Source: a virus (taxonomy: Duplodnaviria > Caudoviricetes). From it: a stretch of 38,009 bases of DNA. Both the position numbers and the translations under genes were made by a program. The notes beneath the pieces are model-generated. The model did not search any database and was not told where the DNA came from. It was given only the letters and a program-made list of their open reading frames with translations. Numbering within the stretch: position 1 is the first letter of the stretch; each line of letters opens with the position of its first letter. The stretch lies in IMG/VR virus record IMGVR_UViG_3300021476_000011, positions 1 to 38,009 of that record; one strand, 5' to 3'. Below, one piece after another: positions 15,601 to 24,406 of the stretch.

Positions 15601-16075
15601 GGAGGGCCGCGCCGCCGGCCGCCGCATCGAGCGCCTGCGGGATGTCGCCGCCGGTCTGCACCGCCCGCGTGCCTCCGGCCGCCAGAGCTTGCGCGGCCAT
15701 CCTCGCGGCAAGGCCTGCGCCCTTGGTCAGCTCCGCAGCGGCGCCCGCGGGCGCGGCCAACTCCGCGCCCTGCTCCAGGAACCTGCCGACTTTCGCCGCC
15801 ACCGTGTCCGGGGGCTCCGCGTACGAGCGCACCTGGTCCGAGACTGGGGGCAGCACTTTGTCCGCTCCTGGAATCTTGCGCAGCAACTCGTACGCGCCCA
15901 GCACCGTACCGATTCCGCCCGCGCCGATTCCCGAAATGAAATCGCCCACGTGGCCCAGGCTGGGAGCGGCGCCTGTAGCGCCGCCGCTGTCGTGAGCCGC
16001 GATATCGGCGTCGCTCAGCACGCCCGGGGCGCCCGCATCGTACCGGGCAATGTCGGCGTCGGTGAGTCCGGGCAT
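12515..16075 (-). CDS. Large ejection-type polyvalent protein: ParB/DdrB-ParB-like domain plus C-terminal zeta-toxin-like P-loop kinase (1186 aa)
   Basis: RYEVRELADVQPSH...NPRY...GPVVIDEAGNALGGNGRAMIL (ParB-like); VLFTAGGPGSGKTT...VYDGTLAS...VVYVYRDP (zeta/AAA_33-like); third gene of the ejection trio. Confidence 0.8.
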   Translation of the reverse strand: MPGLTDADIARYDAGAPGVLSDADIAAHDSGGATGAAPSLGHVGDFISGIGAGGIGTVLGAYELLRKIPGADKVLPPVSDQVRSYAEPPDTVAAKVGRFLEQGAELAAPAGAAAELTKGAGLAARMAAQALAAGGTRAVQTGGDIPQALDAAAGGAALPLIPPAAGAAMALLKKSRGLSDLAPDLVGMVNPRAAHALRVAQKVGRALSAPAPAEDQELLDGLAQGFGGKDFEALSAGDQATVRSLADRINAGEAPQRTAAPAAAPQPTTPTPTPTPTTPTPAAATPKPQPVRPPLAQPAPAAPAPSGPQFVNGQALAGADKWKPATETVRPVPGSSMGDMGQYRSDYNPAALTDEEIAALNKQKPAAAPDVSNLPESWQPQTEAAAPQPRDYAGAARGKKADALANFLYNANGEIEAGQGISYKDASNMTPEQWTAAAKGARVNDPSPSTIQAALLKLKSLYDENGTTAAAEAIPNAAATTTQQLDTGATGPLDSGAARSGSQAYGAGAPGAGSLPGQQTEILIPGEDRALSARYEVRELADVQPSHNGTTFSPNPRYQLHNERNYSNPENQQRIVLNSGEQQFNPRYHITDNPDATNGPVVIDEAGNALGGNGRAMILQRVYDRGAAGATAYRNLLLQKAQQFGIDPAQVQALKQPVLVRVVPDSELQSLPGGANYVIRKTNVSGTAQLSAAERAAADAGQLGDDSLQHIASAIDQAGPDATLNDALTGKSGTAIVNRLISDGFFSEQERPALMDGKTGALTQLARDRINKAMVGQFFRDSDQIARTPAAIKGKLERLAAPLAKVRDDPQWDITPAIREGVDLLEYAQAHGIKNLGDVVSQQGLFGGAPEWSPQAVQMAELLRDSKPNDLVRAVRGYVNDRAPTMFGQSTPQQSFGEHFGGEPSSATAVPDISPTEFPMTPEERAIEARFNQQIAADPEGMKAEYRRRFGTMLSTDDAKELSPDYLRDRAAASIPVHEGASWLVKQIYREELAKQAPPGADNTVLFTAGGPGSGKTTAIAGLPAKSSAQMVYDGTLASAASATKRIDQALAAGKQAHVVYVYRDPEGAFEGVLGRAVSQEQKFGSGRTYPIDRFVEQHVDVRNSMQQLAEKYKGNPNFHMTVIDNSSGPGMQQLVNLEDLPAAPDAHTLRAIVKERANEAYQNGDISRKIYDATISRGAAKEAGR

Positions 16076-17839
16076 TTATTGCGGGTTCCAGTTGCCTTGG
16101 TTGTCCCGCACGTACTTCTTCCTGTTGATCGTGCGGGTGTCGCCGGCCTTGTACTGTCCGGGCTGAGCGGTCCTGGGCGTTTGGATCTGCGCCGGCTCCG
16201 TGTCGAATTTCGCTCCCAGCGCATTCAGATCGGTGATCTTGCCGCGGTAGGTGGTCTTGGCCGCGTTCTGCATGATATTGCCCAGAGCCTGGATGTCATT
16301 CAGGGTCGCGTCACTGGGCTTGCCCTCGGTATTTTTGGAAAGCCAATTCTGCACGCGCCGGGCTACCGAAGTTCCTCCTCCGGCCGCCTGCAATTCCTGC
16401 ATGTTCACCCGATTCACGATCTCGCGCAGTTCCGCGATCGGAATCATTGCGCTGGCTGCCTGGTTCCCGGAACGGGAGGCATCCACAAAATCCTGGAGCC
16501 GCTGCGCGTCGCCTTGTTTGCCGCGGTAATCGGAGGCTGCCTTGACCTGGTCGTCGATCACTTTCCGTTGCAGGGCCGGATCCAGAATGCCGGATACCGC
16601 CCCTGGCGCGAGCTTGGCTTTCTGGATTTCGGTCTGGACGGCTTTGGAGACATCGATGGGCGCGGTGGCTTGCGCTTCCGCGACTCGCTGCCGCACGCGA
16701 GCGCCGATCACATCGGGATTGGTCTCCGTGGCGACCGTGCGCTCCTGCTCCGAGGCCTGCTGCGCGTAGGTCTGAATGGCCTTATTGACGCCCTCCAGGT
16801 CCGGCGCATTTTGCGCTTCGTTGAAGGCGCGCGCAAACAGGGCTGGATACTTGGTGGGATCGATCGAGGCAGCCACGCGGTTGTGCAGCGCTTCGGGCGT
16901 CTGTGTGAGAGTCTTGTACAGATCGAGCTTCTGCTGCGTGAGCTCTGTCTCGAGATCGGTTTTGGCCGCTTCGGCGGCGGCCTGTTTCGCTCGCGCGCCG
17001 GCTTCGGCTTCGGTCGCGCTGGCGCTCTGCTGTTCGCGCGTCAGATCCTGGGCCTGTTTCGAAGCCCCGATGGCGCTGTCTACGACACCCTTCAATTGCG
17101 ATGGATCCTGCTGCACCCGGGTGAGCATGCCTTGCAATTGCGCCTTGAGAACCGCATTATTCGGGTGCTCCAGAATGCCGTGAATGAGCGCTCCCGCGAA
17201 TGCGTTGGGATCGTATTGGTGCCTCTGCACGTCCGCCATGGCCGTGCCGATGTAATCCACGTTCGCCTGCTCGAGCTTGGCCTGCGCGTCCAGCGTGTCC
17301 TGGTTCATTTTGTGGATGTCGGCGTCGTTCTTGGCCATCGTGTAGATGGGCTCTTTGAACTTCGCCACCATTTGCGGCCGCACTCCCGCTTCGAGGGCTA
17401 GATCTCCCACGCGGCCCCATGCCGCCAGCGGATCGGAGGGAGGAACGGGCGCCCCGGCAGCAGGGGCCGTGCCCGCGGCATTGCCAGCCGCTGGTGCAGG
17501 GGCGGCCGCCGCAGGCGCGGATGGCGTGCCTCCGATTGCAGGCTGGGCCGGCGCCCCGGCTGCCGGAACGCCGTACATGCCGCCGAAAGCTCCCTCGCGC
17601 AGGGCTTGTTGCACGCTGGCCTGGAACATCTGCTGCTCTTGAAGCTGCCGCTGAATTTCCTCGTTAGAGAGCTGTACGCCCTGTGCCTGCTGCTGAAACA
17701 GTTGTCCCTGCTGCTGCTGGAGCGCGATCCGCGCCTGAGCTTCGCGGTAATCCGTCAGAGCTTTGAGCGGGTCCGTGGACTGCGGCGGCGGCCGCAGGTC
17801 GAGCGCCGCCGGCAAAATAGGGACTGTGGGGAATGCCAT
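16076..17839 (-). CDS. Probable DNA ejection/internal virion protein (587 aa)
   Basis: Gln/Ala-rich helical protein between pilot-like and large ejection genes; C-terminal GDTRTINRKKYVRDNQGNW motif. Confidence 0.7.
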   Translation of the reverse strand: MAFPTVPILPAALDLRPPPQSTDPLKALTDYREAQARIALQQQQGQLFQQQAQGVQLSNEEIQRQLQEQQMFQASVQQALREGAFGGMYGVPAAGAPAQPAIGGTPSAPAAAAPAPAAGNAAGTAPAAGAPVPPSDPLAAWGRVGDLALEAGVRPQMVAKFKEPIYTMAKNDADIHKMNQDTLDAQAKLEQANVDYIGTAMADVQRHQYDPNAFAGALIHGILEHPNNAVLKAQLQGMLTRVQQDPSQLKGVVDSAIGASKQAQDLTREQQSASATEAEAGARAKQAAAEAAKTDLETELTQQKLDLYKTLTQTPEALHNRVAASIDPTKYPALFARAFNEAQNAPDLEGVNKAIQTYAQQASEQERTVATETNPDVIGARVRQRVAEAQATAPIDVSKAVQTEIQKAKLAPGAVSGILDPALQRKVIDDQVKAASDYRGKQGDAQRLQDFVDASRSGNQAASAMIPIAELREIVNRVNMQELQAAGGGTSVARRVQNWLSKNTEGKPSDATLNDIQALGNIMQNAAKTTYRGKITDLNALGAKFDTEPAQIQTPRTAQPGQYKAGDTRTINRKKYVRDNQGNWNPQ

Positions 17840-19099
17840 TTAGACCATCACCCCTCCTGGGTTGAGACTCCCCCAATTGGTGAGATTGGGATTATTGGCC
17901 GCGGAACCCATGGGCCCGACCCCCATAGGCAGTGACTGCAGAGTCGCCAGGCTCGGGGTGCTGCCCCCGAAGCCGCCGCCCAGCCCGAAAGCCAGGAGTG
18001 AATTGCCGAAGTTGCCGATCGAGCCCAGCATGCTGTTCCACTGATTGGCGGCGCCGACGTCTCCCGCCGCTTGGGCATTCCCGACTTGGACCTGATTGTT
18101 GGCGATGTAGTTAGCCAGGTTCATCCAATCGCCGGCCATGCTGTTGGCGGCGTTCACGTTCCAGGCCCCGGCGGTCGAATTCGCGTTCATCAATTGCGAT
18201 CCGCCGTATTCGGCGGCATTCAGGTTGGCGGCGCCGGCGTTCTCCGCGGCTTGTGTAGTGAGGTTGGCCGCGTTCGTCGCGGCGCCCGTGGTGAGGCCGG
18301 CTGCGTTCTCCGCGGCTTGCGTGTTGAGGCCCGCGGCATTTTCCGCCGCGCCCGTGGTGAGGCCGGCGGCGTTCTCCGCGGCCGCTGTGGTGAGCCCACC
18401 CGCAAATTGCGCATTGGTGCTGCCGAGATTCGCCAGCGACGACAGGTTGTTGAACGTGTTCTGGTACTGCGTGTTCGCGTAATTCTGCGCGTAATTGTTC
18501 AGAGCGCGCGCGGTCGCGCCGCTCTGGAGCAGACCACGCGCCGCGGCCGATTGCTGCACGCCCTCTAAGCCCTGGCTCAGCCCGAACTGATAGCCCGGAG
18601 AGAGCTGCTGCAATAGTTGCGTTACGTTGGCCCCTGGCGCAGTCAGAGCCGCGAGCGTGCCCGCGGCCGTCGAGCCCAGCGTGGTGTAGGGATTGACGAG
18701 GCCGGCAGCGGTACCGGCCGCGCCCGCGATATTCCCGGCGCCCGTGCCCGCGGTGGTGTTGATGTTGCCGGCGCCGGTGCCCGCGGCGTTGGCGATGTTG
18801 CCGGCGCCCGTGCCCGCGGTCCCGGTGACATTCCCGGCGCCAGCCCCCGCGGTGGCGATCGTCCGGTTGCCTGCATCCGCCGCCACGGTGGCGGCGTTGT
18901 TGTTGACGTCGCTCGCCACGTTGGTGAGGTTCTGTCCCCAGAGATTGGCGGCATTTCCGATGGACGGGATGACGTCATTCCCGTACGTCGTCATGGTCTG
19001 GTTGGCGTTGGCGAGAGCATTCACTTGCGCGTCGGCCGCGTGGTGCGCGGCGCTCGCGCCTTGGATCCCGCCGATGATGCTAGTTATTAAGGAACCCAT
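17840..19099 (-). CDS. Probable DNA transfer/pilot protein, P22 gp7-like position (419 aa)
   Basis: Gly-rich hydrophobic N-terminus; PGYQFGLSQG...SAAARGLLQSGATARAL motif; 11-aa internal repeats. Confidence 0.78.
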   Translation of the reverse strand: MGSLITSIIGGIQGASAAHHAADAQVNALANANQTMTTYGNDVIPSIGNAANLWGQNLTNVASDVNNNAATVAADAGNRTIATAGAGAGNVTGTAGTGAGNIANAAGTGAGNINTTAGTGAGNIAGAAGTAAGLVNPYTTLGSTAAGTLAALTAPGANVTQLLQQLSPGYQFGLSQGLEGVQQSAAARGLLQSGATARALNNYAQNYANTQYQNTFNNLSSLANLGSTNAQFAGGLTTAAAENAAGLTTGAAENAAGLNTQAAENAAGLTTGAATNAANLTTQAAENAGAANLNAAEYGGSQLMNANSTAGAWNVNAANSMAGDWMNLANYIANNQVQVGNAQAAGDVGAANQWNSMLGSIGNFGNSLLAFGLGGGFGGSTPSLATLQSLPMGVGPMGSAANNPNLTNWGSLNPGGVMV

Positions 19100-19102
19100 A
19101 GA

Positions 19103-19465
19103 TCACTGGTTGAAAATCGTTTCCGCGCCGGAGAGGCGCGCCGTAATGGCACTGTTGGCGCTCGCGAGAGCTTGCAGCGAATCGCCCGCCTCCAGAACGT
19201 GGTTGACTATCTCCGTCACGTCCCGGCACTCCGTATTGTTCCCGCCTGCCGGAATGGTGAGTGTCTTCCAGATCTCGTTCGAAGTGCCCGGCGTGCCGCC
19301 ACGGGGCACGATGTAAATCGTGACCGAGGCGCTCGAGCCCGAGATGTTGGTCAGCGTCAGTTTGCCCAGCAGCGTCCGCGTGTTAGCCGGCGCGGTGTAC
19401 AGCACCGTCGCCGAGGTGGTGAGCAGCGCTCCCTCGAACAGACAGCGGTAGCGGAAGTAGGCCAT
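19103..19465 (-). CDS. Small beta-rich virion protein (120 aa)
   Basis: AGGAG-less ATG at 19465; TVLYTAPA...LTLTN...VLEAGDSLQALAS pattern. Confidence 0.75.
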   Translation of the reverse strand: MAYFRYRCLFEGALLTTSATVLYTAPANTRTLLGKLTLTNISGSSASVTIYIVPRGGTPGTSNEIWKTLTIPAGGNNTECRDVTEIVNHVLEAGDSLQALASANSAITARLSGAETIFNQ

Positions 19466-19470
19466 CAGAC

Positions 19471-21444
19471 TTACAAGGAGGCGATGCTGACTCCTGAGTC
19501 GATGAGGTTCCCGCAATCATCCCAGGTGGCCACATTCCCCGGAGTAAACGTCCCCGTAAAATATTGAAGCCGCGATCCGACGGTGCCACCTTGGCGCGCG
19601 TCGATCCCGATCTGGTCGTAGTCGATGTTGCCCCGCTGCGTGAAATTGCAGATCGTAATCGAGCAGGTGGTGTGGTTTCCGTTCGCGGAAACCGTGAACG
19701 TGTAGGTTCCTGCAGTCGTAGGCACGCCGGAAATGACCCCTGAAGCGCTGTCTAGTGAGAGGCCTGGCGGCAAAGATCCGGACACAAGAGAAAACGGGGG
19801 ACTGCCCGACAATATCCCCGTATATGGATAGCCGACCAAGCCCGTTGGGAGCGACCCGCACCCGGCGGATCCTGGAGTGGTAAATCCTCCGAACAGCGCG
19901 AACGGATTAAACTCCACGGTACTCATGCGGTGCTGGAAGATGGCTGTCCCGAGCACCACCGTGCCGCAAGGGGAGGGCGGGCCAGCCAGCGCCAGCACCG
20001 TGCCGTTAACCGGGCTGAACACTTCCGGCACCATCCACGACGGCCGGCTGATCACGATTGCGCCGTTTGCGTATGTGACCGCCATCGCTACGTCAAGGAC
20101 GATCAACATAAACCCGTTGGCGTAAGCCGCCGACGAATTGCCGCTGTCCCAGCCGGGGATCACACCCGTTGAACCCACGCCGACTGTGAGCAGTTGCTCA
20201 AATTGGGTGAGCGTCAGTCCTGAATTGTTAAATGCGGTCGTGACGTCGAGGGAGCATTGAACGCCAGCCTTTCCGGTACCGCCCGTAGGCGTGTTTGGAT
20301 TTGTGGAGCCGGCCGAGCAGGTCCCCCCTTCGACCACATCGCCGACGGGATTGTTGACGCCGCCTCCCCCTAGCGCCAGGCACCCGAACGCCGCGGAGCA
20401 GAGCATCGGGATGCCGGCCGGAGCAGCAACCGCTGCCGGGCAAACGAGCGAGGCCCCGAACAGGGTAGTCACCAAGGCGTTGGTGACATCGTACGTGACG
20501 TACAGCTTGACGGCCGTAATTGATCCGCTGGGAGAATTTATGTTGCTTCCCGTGACCGTGACCGAGTAAGCCTGTGTGACTGCGTTGCCGGTGGAATCCA
20601 CCACTTCGGCCGTGAAGTTGTAGGTGTTGTTCGTGGTCGGAATGCCGGAGAGAACCAGATAGTTCCCCGAGTACGCCTGCGTGACCGAGAGTTCCATCCC
20701 CGGCGGAAGCGAGCCGGAAACTACGGACACGCAGTACAGGGGATTGCAGCCCGACACCGTGGCGCGCGCCAGAGAATTGGTCCCGGTCGTGAAAGTGGTG
20801 GCGGAGAGCGCCCCGAGCGAGGGCGTGCAGCCGGTGCCCATCTGTTTCAGGCCGAATAGGATTGCCGCCATCCCTGCCCCGTTAACATTGGTGATGGACA
20901 GGCTCGGATTGACAGTAGACGAGACGCCAGCTTGCACCCAACCGCTCAGGAGGGTGGTTGAGCCTAATGAGATCTCCGGGACCCAACCGGAACCGGTTAT
21001 CCCTGCCGACAAACTGTTGCCTGATCCGATCGAGAAGGCGAACAGAACATCGGTGCTGGTCGGAGAGATGCTCAGACTGACAGGGGTGGCCCCGTTCCCG
21101 GAAGCGTAAACGTCGATGGGGCTGGATGTCACGATCGATGAGCACTCCAGGATCGCCAGCATCAAGCCGCCGGTAAATCCACACGTGAATGTGACCGTGG
21201 TCGCGCCGGCAGCGCAATTGGGCGCCACGAATGCCTCGAACTTTTCGTTCGCGTTTATGTTGGCGACCGTGATGCTCGAATAAGTGTTGCCTTGGCTGTC
21301 GGTGATTGTGAAACCAGGGTTTGCAACGGCGCCCGAGTAGAAAGCAACCACCACGACAGCATCGAGGTTTGTCACGTTCGAGGCAAACGTCGCAGTGATG
21401 GATGTTCCGCTGCCGGCGTTCGTTGCCGTCTGTACTACTGACAT
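19471..21444 (-). CDS. Tail fibre/adhesin-like protein with putative Ig (He_PIG-like) domains (657 aa)
   Basis: Two SGSLPPG(M/L)..SG(I/V)PTT..TY.FT repeats; Ser/Thr/Gly-rich; ATG 21444. Confidence 0.75.
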   Translation of the reverse strand: MSVVQTATNAGSGTSITATFASNVTNLDAVVVVAFYSGAVANPGFTITDSQGNTYSSITVANINANEKFEAFVAPNCAAGATTVTFTCGFTGGLMLAILECSSIVTSSPIDVYASGNGATPVSLSISPTSTDVLFAFSIGSGNSLSAGITGSGWVPEISLGSTTLLSGWVQAGVSSTVNPSLSITNVNGAGMAAILFGLKQMGTGCTPSLGALSATTFTTGTNSLARATVSGCNPLYCVSVVSGSLPPGMELSVTQAYSGNYLVLSGIPTTNNTYNFTAEVVDSTGNAVTQAYSVTVTGSNINSPSGSITAVKLYVTYDVTNALVTTLFGASLVCPAAVAAPAGIPMLCSAAFGCLALGGGGVNNPVGDVVEGGTCSAGSTNPNTPTGGTGKAGVQCSLDVTTAFNNSGLTLTQFEQLLTVGVGSTGVIPGWDSGNSSAAYANGFMLIVLDVAMAVTYANGAIVISRPSWMVPEVFSPVNGTVLALAGPPSPCGTVVLGTAIFQHRMSTVEFNPFALFGGFTTPGSAGCGSLPTGLVGYPYTGILSGSPPFSLVSGSLPPGLSLDSASGVISGVPTTAGTYTFTVSANGNHTTCSITICNFTQRGNIDYDQIGIDARQGGTVGSRLQYFTGTFTPGNVATWDDCGNLIDSGVSIASL

Positions 21445-21797
21445 ACCAACCTGATCACGTGCTTCTTTCCGTCCGCGAGCACCGTGAACTCGCTGCTCCC
21501 GCTTTGCGCCGGTTCTCCCTGCAAAATCCCCGTGCCGGGCGAGAACGTCAAGCCTTCCGGGATGCTGCCGCTCACGATCCGGCTGCCGCCGCCGAAAGCG
21601 TGTTCGAACCAGGCGCCGAGGGCAGCCTCTATCACTAGCGAGGCAGGCGCGAAAGACAATACCTTGTTCAGCTTTGCCTGCCGCTGGGCGCACCCGCAGC
21701 CTCCGTGCTTTTGCGTCACGCCTACCGCTTCGAGCGCGGATTTGGCCGCATCACCCAAGCCGACTGAGTGCGTTAATCCTGGAACTGTGACGGTCAT
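21435..21797 (-). CDS. Small protein: GLGD...CGC..RQ..LN motif plus Ig-like domain (120 aa)
   Basis: GLGDAAKSALEAVGV...GCGCAQRQAKLNK; SGSIPEGLTFSPGTGILQGEP. Confidence 0.72.
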   Translation of the reverse strand: MTVTVPGLTHSVGLGDAAKSALEAVGVTQKHGGCGCAQRQAKLNKVLSFAPASLVIEAALGAWFEHAFGGGSRIVSGSIPEGLTFSPGTGILQGEPAQSGSSEFTVLADGKKHVIRLVCQ

Positions 21798-21805
21798 TTT
21801 ACGTG

Positions 21806-22228
21806 TTACGTGTGCTGGTACCTGGCCAGGTGATAGTCGCCATAGTTGGCGATGTCCCGCGTTTTCGGCGCGACCCGATAAGTGATCGTCATCCCGGAGA
21901 CTGTAAAATCGACCCCTTCCACTTGCGGGATATTGAGCACCAGGTCAAGCGAGCCAAAAATCGGGATATTGGACAGGGTGAAGATGGTATTCGTCCCGTT
22001 CATCGCTCCGCCCGGGACTTCCTCGACCCACTGAGCTGACGAGGACGGTGCGCCGGCCGCCGCCGTCATGGCCAGGTAATCGAAGTCCGGTAAATTGCCC
22101 TCCGCGATGCGCTCGAAAAACAGGATCCAGGGACGGCTCAGCGTGAATTGCGACGCGGCCGCCTGGTTGAACATCGGCGTGCGGATCGGGACCGCGGGGA
22201 TGTCACTGACCTGCGGAATGTTGGCCAT
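21806..22228 (-). CDS. Tail-associated protein (140 aa)
   Basis: LSRPWILFFE motif directly after gp10-like gene; EVPGGAMNGTNTIFTL...GVDFTVSG beta module. Confidence 0.75.
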   Translation of the reverse strand: MANIPQVSDIPAVPIRTPMFNQAAASQFTLSRPWILFFERIAEGNLPDFDYLAMTAAAGAPSSSAQWVEEVPGGAMNGTNTIFTLSNIPIFGSLDLVLNIPQVEGVDFTVSGMTITYRVAPKTRDIANYGDYHLARYQHT

Positions 22229-22231
22229 TCG

Positions 22232-23971
22232 CTACGAGACTCCCGGAGTCACTTCGAGGTAAGCGTTGATGAGTGCCATTTGCGCCGCGGCCGTGCTGGT
22301 GACCCGGTAGATCCGCGCGCGCGATTGCCCCATCCTGCGCCACACCAGGCCGAAGCGCTGCGCCGAGGTGCTCGACCACGCGACCGTGAACTGATTGCTC
22401 CAGGTGTTTCCCCCGTCGTCCGACCAGTCGAGAGTGACCGGTATGGTTCCCGATCCCTGCATGTCGAGCTGAAAGCGATGGTGAAAGACGCGGTAGGCTT
22501 CCTGGTTCAGGTACGGCGCCACGCGCTGCCGGTAAATCTCGGTCCCGTTGTCGGTGTGGTTGCCGGCCGAGACCGTATAAATGTTGCCGTTCTGCCAATC
22601 GGCGCCGTAATAGGCGGGCGGCAGCGCTCCGCTCACCGTGTTCGCATTGCCCAATGCCACATAACACTGGTAAGCCACTCTCGAGCGATCGACCGACGCG
22701 CCGTTCCACCAGCCGCGGCGGTGCCACATCTGGGTGGTGAAGTCATACGCCCAGGTTTGGTTGCCGGTGGGAAACGAAACCACATAGAACTGATGGCCGT
22801 TGAGTTCTTCGCTGTACGCGATCGCATCCGCGGTGTTGCTGTAGCCCCCCCAGATGTTCTCGATCGCGTGCGTCGAGATGCGCTGCGGCTGGTAGCCCTG
22901 GGCGTAGACGGCGGAGATGCCGCCGCGCTTGCTGTCCTTGGCGAGCCACGCCACTCCGTTGGCCACACGCGCGCGCGACCACGGCGCCGCGATCGCCATG
23001 TGGATGAACCCGCCCGAGTCGCGCTGGAACGGGAAATCCGGCTGCACCTGTCCGCTGTTGCGCCACACTTCAGTCGATTCCGAAATTCCCCACAACCACA
23101 TCTCCTCGTGGTCCGAGAGCAGCGCGAGCAGGTTGTCGGACTGGCCTTCCTTCGAGGCGTATTGCAGCGGATCCCAATCGCTGCCCGTGAGCAGGCTCGA
23201 AATGTTGAACTGCCGGAGAGACGCGGCCGAGCTTTGCGGCCCCGGCCAGGAATAGCCTCCCACATAGCCGAGCGAGTGACCCGAGGGCCCGGCCCAGTAA
23301 TAGCCGTCGAGGTATTGCACCTGGCGTCCAGCCACCCGCTGCGCGGCCTGGCCTCCCGTCGATCCCGCGGTCCCGGCCGGCGAGTTCAGGGTGGCGTTGC
23401 CGCTGTTATCGACGGCCGTCACCAGGTAGAAGCCCTGCGTGAAGCCCGTGCCTCCCGTGATGTCGATCCCGATTCCCACATCGCCGGTGCCGAAGGGCGC
23501 GGCCGCGCTCGAGACGATGGCCGGATTCGAGCCGTTGATGGCGAGATCCGTCCACGGGACGTCGAAGTGCGCCGGGCTGGTAGTGAGTCCCGAGTTCCAC
23601 CAGATCCAGCCAGCCGAAGCGATCACGGAATCGATGCCGTTCTGCGCGCGATCGCACGGCTGCCCGTCGGTGGAGACGTAGCCGAGATCGATATAGGTGG
23701 CGTTGCCGTTGATCAGGTAGAGATGGTCGCCGGCCACCGCGAACAGTTGCTGGTCATTGGCCCACAGACCGCGAATCGGCGTCTTGGGCAGCGTGACGAA
23801 CAGGCTCAGCCCGGGAGTGGGGTAGTAGACGTACTTGTTTTTGCCGGCGCCCGATTCCACCAGCTCCGGATACCAGTTGAGGCAGTCCTCCGGATCCGCA
23901 TTGGGCGATTCCGATTGGTACGTCGGGCCGATGAAGTTCGCGAAAATCACGGATTGGTATAATTCGCCCAA
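22232..23971 (-). CDS. Tail hub / packaged-DNA stabilization protein, P22 gp10-like (579 aa)
   Basis: LNWYPE...PTPGL; STEVWRNSG...FPFQR; GHQFYVVSFPT..TWAYD...WH; LDWSDDGGNTWS...WRRMGQSRARIY. Confidence 0.88.
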   Translation of the reverse strand: MGELYQSVIFANFIGPTYQSESPNADPEDCLNWYPELVESGAGKNKYVYYPTPGLSLFVTLPKTPIRGLWANDQQLFAVAGDHLYLINGNATYIDLGYVSTDGQPCDRAQNGIDSVIASAGWIWWNSGLTTSPAHFDVPWTDLAINGSNPAIVSSAAAPFGTGDVGIGIDITGGTGFTQGFYLVTAVDNSGNATLNSPAGTAGSTGGQAAQRVAGRQVQYLDGYYWAGPSGHSLGYVGGYSWPGPQSSAASLRQFNISSLLTGSDWDPLQYASKEGQSDNLLALLSDHEEMWLWGISESTEVWRNSGQVQPDFPFQRDSGGFIHMAIAAPWSRARVANGVAWLAKDSKRGGISAVYAQGYQPQRISTHAIENIWGGYSNTADAIAYSEELNGHQFYVVSFPTGNQTWAYDFTTQMWHRRGWWNGASVDRSRVAYQCYVALGNANTVSGALPPAYYGADWQNGNIYTVSAGNHTDNGTEIYRQRVAPYLNQEAYRVFHHRFQLDMQGSGTIPVTLDWSDDGGNTWSNQFTVAWSSTSAQRFGLVWRRMGQSRARIYRVTSTAAAQMALINAYLEVTPGVS

Positions 23972-23989
23972 GGCCCGATTGACGCGCGG

Positions 23990-24376
23990 CTAGTTTTCGA
24001 GGATCAAATATTCCATCTCGCACGCCGCGGTGTGCGAGATGGCGGCCGGAGCGGTAACTCCCGCATCCAGCCGGAACAGAGCGATCTCCCCCGGATACAG
24101 CCTCGCAAACACGGTGCCCGATACTGCGCTCATCAACTGGATGTAGTTGGTCGCATCCAGGTTGAGAAAGATCCCCCATCCCACCGTTGACAGGTTGGAG
24201 ATAGGAATCGCCGTCCCGCCCGACGTGGTGGGGACCGACATTGTTCCGGTGACGTAATTTTTTCCCGTGATGTTGAATCGGGCGAGGCCGTTTGCGATCT
24301 GCAGCAGCACCGCCGCGATGTTCTGCGCGGGGTTGGTGTACTGCAGGCCTGCGACGACCTGAATTTCATTGGCCAT
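23990..24376 (-). CDS. Hypothetical beta-rich virion protein (128 aa)
   Basis: AAGGA RBS; within the tail module. Confidence 0.75.
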   Translation of the reverse strand: MANEIQVVAGLQYTNPAQNIAAVLLQIANGLARFNITGKNYVTGTMSVPTTSGGTAIPISNLSTVGWGIFLNLDATNYIQLMSAVSGTVFARLYPGEIALFRLDAGVTAPAAISHTAACEMEYLILEN

Positions 24377-24406
24377 ATGGTTGTCCTTTGGGTTTGGGCG
24401 TAAAGT

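Noticed and set aside
10302-21444. Invertase-driven tail-fibre switching (Gin/Cin type)
   Set aside because: The recombinase is about 9 kb from the fibre genes, and I saw no inverted crossover sites or reversed alternative fibre ends
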